Origin: Octopus sinensis
Taxonomy: Eukaryota
Length of the DNA stretch: 64,000 nt
Assembly: GCF_006345805.1 (NCBI RefSeq)
Contig: NC_043015.1
Location: forward strand, 45,136,001-45,200,000
Direction: 5' to 3'
Below the pieces are notes generated by a model that ran no database searches, was not told where the DNA came from, and saw only the letters and a list, made by a program, of their open reading frames with translations. The position numbers and the translations under genes are program-made. Shown piece by piece: positions 1 through 11,600 of this stretch; position 1 is the first letter of the stretch; every line of letters starts with the position of its first letter.

Positions 1-177
1 GAGAACGGACGCTAAACGATGATGATGATATTAGTCAAGCATTATGTGGAAGTGGTGTGTATATCATTAGTATAAGCGCTGGTAGAATAATTCATTGCTG
101 TATCAAAATTTAATCTCATGAGTAATTTCTTTTTAGCCATATGTTAATTATTATTTCATGATTATGTTTTCTCTTAG

Positions 178-293
178 GTATTGATTGTCCTCGTGCCTCA
201 AGACCTGCGCCTGGTGGTGGTTCAACAATACCAGCGGAACCATATGGTGAAGAGGCTTTACAATTTACACGGGAACTATGTATCCAAAAAGGG
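178..293 (+). CDS. SND1: SND1 internal exon ([39 protein letters not shown])
   Basis: ctcttag acceptor, gtaatt donor; SN4 domain sequence. Confidence 0.92.
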
Positions 294-808
294 GTAATTT
301 TCACTTTTACTTCAGCTTCATTTTTTTGTGTTCAAGTTTTTATTTTCTTAACTAAACAAATGGCCAATTTTTTTTAGGGACTTCTGCTTCACCAGATACA
401 TATATGTATATATAAAATATGAATCAGAGATAAATATATTTTATATATTTATACTGTGAAATTTGATTTAATACTAAATCTGATTTTTCCCTGTAAGTTT
501 GGAACCATACTCCCTAATATTATTATTATTTATATATATATGTATACACACACACACACACACACACATGCGTGCATGCATTAATTAATTTATTAAAATT
601 TTAAGAGGAGACAGGTGATAGCAATTTTGAAGTTTTGATTTGCTAGCCCCCTTCAGACTGAAGAAAGGCTAGAAAACCGAAATTTCAAAGTCACTGTCAC
701 CCTTGTAAAAGTTGAATAAAAGAAAAAGATACTCTACTAAAAGGTATTGAGTAATCCTTTAGTATAATGTTTAATTGTTTCCATATATAATTTGACTTAA
801 ATCATTCA

Positions 809-848
<40 letters not shown>

Positions 849-2646
849 GATTCTAACTTACAGACAAGGTCAACTTTTTAATAGGGAAGGCACAATGGCT
901 GCAATTTCCCCAGCAAAGTCACGAATACAAACCTTTCTGCTGCCATTATTTAGTCCCCCATAAGCCGGCAAGCTGGCAGAAACATTAGCACACTGGGAAA
1001 AATGCTTAGCAGTATTTCGTCCGTCTTTATGGAGGGGGAGGGGACCAGTTAATCAGATTGACCCTAGTACGCAACTGCTACTTAATTTATCAACCCTGAA
1101 AGGATGAAAGGCAAAGTCGACCTCGGCGGAATTTGAACTCAGAACGTAACGGCAGACAAAATACCTTAAGGCATTTCGCCCAGCATGCTAACGTTTCTGC
1201 CAGCTCACCGCCTTAATAATAATAATAATGATGATGGTGAAAATGTTAGTAAACGTATCAGTGTATTTGCGTTTGAAATGACTGTCATGTCTCTTCTATA
1301 AGTATAATTGTTTGTCAGTTATATTGATGTGAAACTGAATTCAAATTCAGCTGAAGTCACCATTGCCTTTCATCCTTTCCAGTTTGATAAAATAAAGTAC
1401 CAGTCAAATACTAGGGTCAATGAAATAAACTAAGCCCCTTCCCTCCCTAATAAAACATGTTGGCCTTGTGCATAAATTAAATGCAACTTTTGATATATAA
1501 AATGGAATTACTGGTCTGACTATATTATAGCACTCATGCTCACTTAATGCAATTGTCATATTTTCCCTTTTTTGTTTTGTCTCTTTCTCTAGGTTGAAGT
1601 TGAAGTAGAGACTATTGATAAAGGTGGAAATTTCATTGGATGGTTACACATTGAAACTACTAACCTGTCTATTGCACTTGTCGAAGAAGGTTTAGCAAAA
1701 GTCCATTTCACTGCAGAACGTAGCGCGTGTTACAAAGCTTTACTAGAAGCAGAAACAAAAGCAAAGACAGCTAAATTAAATGTAAATGTTTGAAATTTCT
1801 ATTTTAATTTTTACTATGGAACGTATGGAAGATTTTTACTATGGGACGTATGGAAGATTTTTAGCCAGCCTCGTCTGGCACCTGTGTCGGTGGCACATAA
1901 AATCACCCACTACACTCTCGGAGTGGTTGGCGTTAGGAAGGGCATCCAGCTGTAGAAACACTGCCAGATCTGACTGGCCTGGTGCAGCCTTCGGGCTTGC
2001 CAGACCCCAGTTGAACCGTCCAACCCATGCTAGCATGGAAAGCAGACGTTAAACGATGATGATGATGTAATCATCATTGTAAAATGTGTTTTTGCATGCT
2101 GGAATGGGATGATGCGTCTCGGACTGTCACAATCCTTTGTTATTTTGCATACACAAAAACTGAAACCTGCCGGTCTTTATTGTATGTCAGCTTTTTTTTC
2201 TTTTTGTTATGCCTGGCTGCCCTTCCTACTGCCAATCATTCTACAATATGCACCTGGGGCTGGTGGATTTTATTGTGCAGTCAGCACTAGAAATATTGTC
2301 TGCATCAAAACTGAAGTCACCTGTATCCGGTTGACAGTATTTAATTACTTGGTGGTCTATTCTTCTTTGTCCAGGTCACCATTCAATTATTTCATTGTAA
2401 TGACCTGGTTTTTACAGCCTTTGTATTACCAACTGCTTTACGGGTCACTCTTCCAATCACCCTTTTGCATAGGCGCAGGAGTGGCTGTGTGGTAAGTAGC
2501 TTGTTTACCAACCACATGGTTCCGGGTTCAGTCCCACTGCGTGGCACCTTGGGCAAGTGTCTTCTACTATAGCCTCGGGCCGACCAAAGCCTTGTGAGTG
2601 GATTTGGTAGACGGAAACTGAAAGAAGCCCATCGTATATATGTGTG

Positions 2647-2683
<37 letters not shown>

Positions 2684-5600
2684 CTGTGTTTGTCCCCCTA
2701 GCATTGCTTGACAACTGATGCTGGTGTATTTATGTCCCCGTCACTTAGCGGTTCGGCAAAACAGACCGATAGAATAAGTACTGGGCTTGCAAAAGAATAA
2801 GTCCCGTGGTCGAGTTGCTTGATTAAAGGCGGTGCTCCAGCGTGGCCGCAGTCAAATGACTGAAACAAGTAAAAAAAAGAGAGGAAAAAAGATGTCCCCC
2901 CCCCCACCTTCCATTGGATCCTATCAACCTGTTCTACTCGTGCTAATATGAAAAGCAGATATAAAAGGTTGATTGACCCTTTAGCATTCAGATTATTCTG
3001 TCAAATATAATATTTATTCATCCGTATTGTTTTAAGCTAATCCTGCATTATTTCGTAGCTTTAAGATTTCGATGATGTTATCACCTGTTTTTAGATTGAC
3101 ATTATAGGTTGGTGTGAGATACCAAATCTGGGCAGTTTTAACAGAAAACAGGTAGATTATTTGGGCCGGGTATGGTCGGTTTAAACACTAAAGGGTTAAA
3201 CAACAAAGTATTTTTGTGGTTAAAATACTGGTTTAAGCTCAGATTTTCATGCATTTATGGTATGATGCTCCTGGGTGAGGTATATTGCACTGCTTGCTCT
3301 ATGAGTGGAAGATCTTTGGAATATTAACACAGGGCAATGTGGTAGTGGTGGTATCATTTTTGCATAGCTCCTGTCATTTCTGGTCAAGCAGTTCATGAAC
3401 ATAGCAGCCAGAACAACTTTTGGGTCAAACGTCTTAGACACAACACCTTATTCTCGTCTGGCTCTTCACAATTCATCATGTAGTGGTTGCTATTCTGGAA
3501 TACCTTGTGCAACAGTATTAGGTTTATATATAAGCCCAGTACTTATTCTATCGGTCTCTGTTGCCGAACCGCTAAGTAACGAGGACATAAACACACCAGC
3601 ATCGGTTGTCAAGCAATGCTAGGGGGACAAACACACACACACGCATATATACATATATACGACGGGCTTCTTTCAGTTTCCGTCTACCAAATCCACTCAC
3701 AAGGTTTTGGTCGGCCCGAGGCTATAGTAGAAGACACTTGCCCAAGGTGCCACGCAGTGGGACTGAACCCGGAAGCATGTGGTTGGTAAACGAGCTACTT
3801 ACCACACAGCCACTCCTGCGCCTATAGCAGAGTTTTATATCATTCGTAATGAACTCGTATATAATTATTAGATTTTCATTTTGTGAAATTACCTAGAAAC
3901 TCAGTGTATTATCTAATTTGTCGTTATGTGTTTGTATGATCGGCAATGAAGTAATGTAGGGAAGTAAGAAGAGGAAGTGCATTAGTTGTGTTTAAGAGAC
4001 GTGTGGGTAAGGTGTTCTGATGAGGGAAGGAAAAATAGATTCTAGATCAAAAGAAGTGTGTTCATGTTACCTGGCTGTAGGTGTGGCGGTTTCACATCTC
4101 AAGTAGTTGTGTGAGCAAATGTATTTGTACTTAGCAATTGTTATGCATGTATATATTTAGTAATAAAAACAAGCAAAATATTTCCAATATTTCCAGATTT
4201 GGTCAAATTATGAAGAACCTAAAAATGACCAAGTTGTTGAAGAACCATTAGAGCGTAAACTAAATTACTGCAATGTTGTTGTCACAGAAGTTATGCCTGA
4301 TTTGAAATTTTACGCCCAGTATGTTGAGAGTGGTAAGTTTCCTTTTGTATTTTTATCTAGCTATGCAATTAAACAAGGCCTGAAATTTTGGGGTAGGGGT
4401 AGGGTGGTAAGTCGATTACATCAACACCCCAGTATGTAACTGGTACTTCATTCATCGACCTCAAAACACTGGAAGGCAAAGTTGACCTCGGCAAAGTTTG
4501 AACACAAGGATGGATGATACACCACTAAACATTTCGTCCTATGTGCTAATGATTCTGCCAGCTTGCCTTAATAATAATAATAATAATAATACTTTCTACT
4601 GTAGGCACAACACCTAAAATTTTGGTGAAGGGGATTAGTCAATTAAATTGACTCCAGAATTTCACTGGTACATAATTTATCGACCGCGAAAGGATGAAAG
4701 GCCAAGTTGACCTTGACGGAATTTGAACTCAGAATGTAGCGATGAGCGAAATATCGCTAAGCATTTTATCCAGTGTGCTAACAATTCTGCCAGCTGACTG
4801 CCTTCCCTACTTAATAATAATAATAATAATAATAATAATGGAGGAGGTGGATAATTGGCTGGTATCTATTATATTTTAGTAAAAGGCAGAGAGGTGGATG
4901 AAAAATAGTCTTAGCAGGGTTTGAACTTAAATTATGAAGGGATATGACTAAGTATTGCCAGTACTTAGTCTCCACTAATTCTTCCCCCACTACTCTTTTA
5001 AATAAATTGGGTATCTTATGGCTTGTTTAGCCCCTTAACAATCAGGTTACTCTGTCAAATGTAATACTTATTTATTCCCATATTTTAAATTTAATAACAT
5101 ATGTATCTTGTAGCTTAGAGATTTCGATTATGCAATTGTTTATTTTTAGAATCACATTGCATCATCGTTTAACGTCCGCTTTCCATGCTAGCATGGGTTG
5201 GACGGTTCATCTGGGGTCTGGGAAGCCAGGAGGCTGCACCAGGCTTCAGTCTAATCTGGCAGTGTTTCTACAGCTGGATGCTCTTCCTAATGCCAACCAC
5301 TCCGTGGTTATATATATATATATATATATATATGAATAAATGTAATTCTTTTCCCAAATAAACTGCACTTCATATTTGAGGCTCTGATGAATCTATAAGG
5401 TGTTACTCAGGCTTTTAACTGCATCTTATAGCAGAAACAGCTGTAAGCTAATGGAGTTCATAATCATTTAACCCTTTGTTGTCTTATTTTCTTATGTGTA
5501 TATATTTATATGTGTGTACACATTATCTTACATTTTGATGGCCAACCCATAGAAATAATACTGAATCAAATAAAAAGTTTCAGCAAATAGAATCACTTTA

Positions 5601-8600
5601 TTTCCTTGTTTGTAAGTCTGTGCTTATTTAAATTATACTTGTATTCAATTTGAAGGTCCACAACTGGTTGAAATGATGGAGCAACTTCGGAAAGAACTTG
5701 AAACTAATACTCCAGTTGTTGGTGCTTATACGCCAAAGCGTGGAGTAATCTGTGCAGCTAAGTTTTCTGTTGATAATCAGTGGTAAGTAAATTGGTTCCT
5801 TTTGATGTGGCATTCTCTATTCAGGTTGTTCAACCTGTTTCAGTATTTGACAACACTAGTGTGAATATATCAGTGTATAATGATAATTTATCAACTCAGA
5901 AATTCAAACGTCGGATCTTTTCGATTTGAACGGCAGTTTTTTCTTGCGGTGTCATATGAAATTGTCACCCATAATTATGACCCTAGTATCGATCTATTGC
6001 ATTTCAATCTGTTTAGGGTTAGGGGTGGTGGGAAGGGTATCTTTTTTCTTCACAAATGTAGATAAACCCAATCTGTTTCTTAAACGAGGGACATATTAAT
6101 ACGGCACAGAATGCTTTTTTTTACCTCAATAGACGTCATTGATTGGTTGAATTGCAGAAATTGAAGGGAAAAAAACAAGTATCTTACAAACTATAGAATT
6201 TTCTCAATAAAGCCAAGAGAAAAAGATGTTTTATAAACACATTCTACCAGTATACGAAGTTTAAAAGTGTTTAGTTACGTGGAAATTATTTTGAAAAACT
6301 GCCGTTCAAACCGAAAAGATCCCAAACGTCTGATAATGTAGTTGTAGATAATTTTGCATCTGCAAAAAATATAAAGGGGGTGGGGTGGTAGTCACAACTG
6401 AATTGTCCTTTGGATCTGTAAGTCTGTTCTATGGATCATTATCACTACCAACAGTTGTTTGAACAATCCAGTAGGTTACAAGAAATGGCTTTTTAAGTAA
6501 TTTTATTTCCTTTTAAATATGAACTTTTTTTTCTTCTTTACAGGTACAGAGCTAAAGTCGAAAAAGTTAGTAATAACAAAGCAACAGTGTTATACATAGA
6601 TTATGGTAATGTAAGTAATATTTAATTTTCAAGTAATTAATAGAATAAATTTAATTGTAAACCCTCTTCGTTATATGCTTTCCATGTTGGTATGGGATGG
6701 ACAGGTTGTCCTGGTTTAAGGGCGGCGAGCTGGCAGAATCGTTAGCACGCTGGGCGAAATGCTTAGCAGTATTTCGTCTGCCGCTACGTTCTGAGTTCAA
6801 ATTCCGCCGAGGTCGACTTTGCCTTTCATCCTTTCGGGGTCGATTAAATAAGTACCAGTTACGCACTGGGGTCGATGTAATCGAATTAATACTTAAGTCT
6901 GGCCTTGTTTGTCCCCTCTGTGTTTAACCCCTTGTGGGTAATAAAGAAATAGGTTGTCCTGGTTTGAGTCAATTCTTATTCAGAATTACAGCCACACATA
7001 TCAATGACAGAGTATATATTTTAGTCGACTGAAACCAACACTAAGTGCCACTTGCAGTCTCCTTTCATGAAAAATTTGCATGGTGGAGGCACATGGCCTA
7101 GTGGTTAGAACAGCCAACTCGCAGTCATGGGATCGTGGGTTCGAATCTCAGACCGGGCGATGTGTGTGTTTATGAGCGAAAACGCCTAAGCTCTACGCGG
7201 CTCCGGCAGAAGGTAATGACGAACTTCTGCTGACTCTTTCGCCACAACTTTCTCTCGTTCTTTCCTCCTGCATCTTGCAGCTCACCTGCGATGGTCCGGC
7301 GTCCCATCCAGGTGGGAAATCCTATACGCCAAAGAAACCGGGAAACTGGCCCTTATGAGCCAGGCATGGCTCGAGAAGGAACAAACAAACAAAAAATTTG
7401 CATAGTTTGTCTTCCAGGCTGGGATAAAATTCAAAAATAAATGTTATTCCCACGTGATGACCTGAAGGACCACTTGAAGCTTTCACATAAGGAAGCCTCA
7501 AGGGGTTGTCGGTGTTCACTTCAGTCAACCCTGTTAACCCTTTCGTTACCAACCCGGCTGAAACCGGCTCTGGCTCTGAATACAAATGTCTTGTTTACAT
7601 AAGTTCTGAAATAAAATCTTTCACCAAACCTTAGTCACAATTTATGTTCCTAACACTAGATTAATGATAACGAAGTTATTTTGCTAAATTCTTTGTTATA
7701 TTTAAAGTAATTGAAAGAAACAAAGAACAGCTCAAAATAAATACAGTAACAAAAGGGTTAAACTGTATATTTGTGGATGTCTTCATGAATGAATTAATGG
7801 TTATGATTTTACTAGCCAAATTGATGTCAAGACAGAACTAATTTTAGACTTTAAAGGGAAACAAACCCACTGACAAGAGATTCAAACATGCCTTAGTAAG
7901 TTATGTGTGATTTTTATCTTGCCATAGGGTATTTTTTTCTCCTTTCTGTCTTAAATTGGTACATTTACTGTTTCGTATACATATGTATGTATGCATGCAT
8001 GCATCCTAGCACAGGCATGACCATAAGGTGAAGTTTGCTTCCCAGTCACATGGTTTCAGGTTCAGTCTCATTGCGTGGTACCTTGGGCAAGTATCTTCTC
8101 CTATAGCCTCAGGTCAATGAAAGCCTTGTAAGTGGAATTGGAAGATGGAAACAGTGTGAAAGTCTGTCATGTACGTAAAAAGCACCATCCGATCGTGACC
8201 ATTTACCAGCCTCATCTGGCACCTGTGCCAGTGGCACGTAAAAAGCACCATCCAATTGTGGCCGCTGCCAGCCTCGCCTGGCCCCCATGCCCGTGGCACA
8301 TAAAAAGCACCCACTACACTCATGGAGTGGTTGGCATTAGGAAGGGCATCCAGCCGTAGAAACATTGCCAGATCAGACTGGGCCTGGTGCAGCCTTCTGG
8401 CTTCCCAGACCCCAGTTGAACCGTCCAACCCATGCCAGCATGGAAAGCGGACGCTAAACGAAGATGATGATGTGTGTATGTATGTTTATTATCGCCTTTT
8501 CTTGACATCACATGATGGCTGTAACTATGTCACTTTATATACGAGCAGTGTCATTTATTTCCAATATTCTGCAAAAATATGTTTGGCCATGGAGAAATAT

Positions 8601-11600
8601 TACCTTGCTTGCAAATTGATGAGAGTTGGCAACAGGATAAGCATCCAGCTGTGTGTGTATAATACCAGTCATTAATTGTGTATTATTTTTATTTGTTGTT
8701 TTAGCGAGAAGAAGTTCCATTCTCCATGCTTGCTGCGTTACCACCAGTCTTCCAGTCATTACCTGCACAAGCAACACTATTTGGACTTGCATGTGTGAAA
8801 TGCCCTGATGATGTAAGTAGAAAGTATTATATGTTTCAAATTGGCTGGTGGTGGGACTTGTTTACAGACAGATTTTTGCAGCCAAGTAGTCCTTATGACT
8901 TTGCTGTTTAGTCAATTTAGTTTCAAGTTTGTGTTCTGTGTTAAAATCCTTGTCACCATATTTGATGGCATATAAGATGTACCTTTTAGGCGGTGAGCTG
9001 GCAGAAGCGTTAGCGCGACGGTTGAAATGCTTACCGATATTTCGTCTGCCGTTACGTTCAGAGTTCGAATTCCGCCGAGGTCGACTTTACCTTTCATCCT
9101 TTCAGGGTAAAATTCACTTCTACTGATTTTTTAATGGCTTTACGGGGTGACTAGAGAAATGTAAGGATGTGCACGACCATCCTTGGACGGTTTTGAATGA
9201 CATCCAAAGTGCGAGCCCTCTAACTGAAAAATTGTGGATTTGTATAAAGGACACACATGCAGACATTTTGCCATTTATATATATAGAGATTAGACATGCA
9301 GTAATCTTATCAACTATAAATGTAGTGAATGTTTGATATCACTTATTTTGTATATGTTAATGAAAGTTTGTTTCGTTAACTCTTTAACATTCAGATTACC
9401 CTGTCAAATGTAATGCTTATTCATTCGTAATTGTTTTGAATTAATCAAACATTATCTTGTAGCTTTGATATTTTGATGATGAGATTACTTATTTTTAGAA
9501 TGATTGTAGGGTTGGTGTGAGAGGCCAGAACTGGCCAGTCTGAAGAACATAAAACAGGTAGAATATTTGGGCCAGATATGGCTTGTTTAAATACTAAAGG
9601 GTTAGATAAATTTAATCCTATCTGTTCCTCTGACACCCTTAATAGAAATGATCTAATGATTAAATTTTTTTTTTTTTTTTTTTAATTCTTTCTATTACAG
9701 GAAGATGCCAAACGTGATGCTTACGAGGCTCTAAATCATGACATTTTTGGAAAGCAGCTTGTGGTGAATCTAGAATATAAAGCCAATGGTGTTGACTTTG
9801 TAACTGGCCAGCTTGGAGAGTCACGGGACGATGTAGCATTTAGCTTAATCTCAGATGGTATTTTGCTAGTAGAGACCCGCAAAGAAAAGCGTCTCAGCAA
9901 ATTAGTGGCCTCTTATATGAATGCTCAAGAAAAAGCAAAGTCCGCCAGGGTAGGTCTCCAATTATGTTTTTCAACATAATTAACGTGCAACTTAATTTTG
10001 GTTTTTGCTTTTATTTGATGTGGTTGTGTTGTGTTATAAAGTCTCTCCCCACCCCTCAGTTAGGGTGGGGGTTCTTTTGAGAGTTACTCGGGGGCCTCAC
10101 CAATGTTAGTGCCATATAGAAAAAAAAACCAGCTAGTACACTCTGTAAAGAACTTGGCATTAGGAAGGGCATCCAGCTATAGAAATCATGTCAAAGCCGA
10201 CATCGGAATTTGGTGCAGCTTACTAATCCTTTTCTGGATTAATTCCGTCAATTGTACACCTCCACCTTTACAAAATTATGGCGGATCTTTTCGGTTTGAA
10301 CGGCAGTTTTTTTTAATAATTTCCACGTAACTAAACACTTTTAAACTTCGTATACTGGTAGAATGTGTTTATAAAACATCTTTTTCTCTTGGCTTTATTG
10401 AGAAAATTCTATAGTTTGTAAGATATTTGTTGTTGTTTTTCTTCAATTTCTGCAATTTCAACCAATCAATGATGTCTATTGAGGTAAAAAAACATTCTGT
10501 GCCATATGAATATGTCCCTCGTTTAAGAAACAGATTGGGTTTATTTACATTTCTGAAGAAAAAAAGGTACCCATTACCCTAACTAACCCTAACCCTAAAA
10601 CAGATTGAAATGCAATAGATTGATACTCGGGTCATAATTATGGGTGACAATTTCATATGACACCACTAGAAAAAACTGCCGTTCAAACCGAAAAGATCCT
10701 TTATGGCGATAAGATTCGTTTCAGCTCCCACGATCGATTGGCCCGCATCAATTTGTACAACATCTTCCCGGTTCGGCCAGGCCCTTCTTGACGTGGCTGA
10801 AGATTGTTTTCTCTCGCAACATGTTGAATATCCGACAAGGCATCGGTCTGGGCAGCAGCCATCTATGCTAGATCTGGTGTTCTCCCGCTATCCAAGATCA
10901 GTGTCAGACGTATCTGTGTGCGCCCCTCTTGCCAAGAGTGATCATGCGGTCCTGAAGTTCGTCATGCACACAACTTTTTCCACGCCCACGATTACTTCGC
11001 TGCCACGTAGAGTCTTCTCTGCAATTAATCTTGAAATTCTAACCGAGGCTTCCGCGCTTCTGGACTGGCGTTCCCTGATGACGTTGTCCTCAGTTGACGA
11101 ACTATGGTCATCCCTCAAAGCATATGTAATCTGTTTGACTGACCAGGCAGTTCCCGTTGGACTTCCCAAGAGGAAGAAACACAAGCCCTGGGTGACGAAG
11201 AAGGTTAAACGAGAACGTCGACTCGGAGATATTGCTTGGGCTGAATTCAAAAATCGGGATTCAACTGCAGCTTTTGAGGTGTACAAAACTCAACGAGACC
11301 GAGCCGTGAAAATTGAAAAGAAAGAATGCTTCAGTTATGAATACAAAATCGCGGCAAATGCCAGTAGCAATCCAAAAACCTTCTTTGCCCATGTCCAGCG
11401 GAATTCCCGCTTGAACAACCAGATTGCAACGTTGGTAGACTCAACAGGCGTATCGATTGAGGACCCTTATCAACAGAGTCAATTATTTGCCGAGGCTTTT
11501 TCAACTATTTTCAAACAAGATGATGGTCGTGAACCCCCTCCATTTGATAGATCGGTACCTCCAATGCTTCGATTGATCATCACGCGGGACCAAGTCAAAC

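Noticed and set aside
7083-7160. tRNA-like sequence with A and B boxes (also at 2471, 17700, 39381, 46926)
   Set aside because: These are SINE heads that continue into shared SINE bodies; no intact cloverleaf with a terminator was seen
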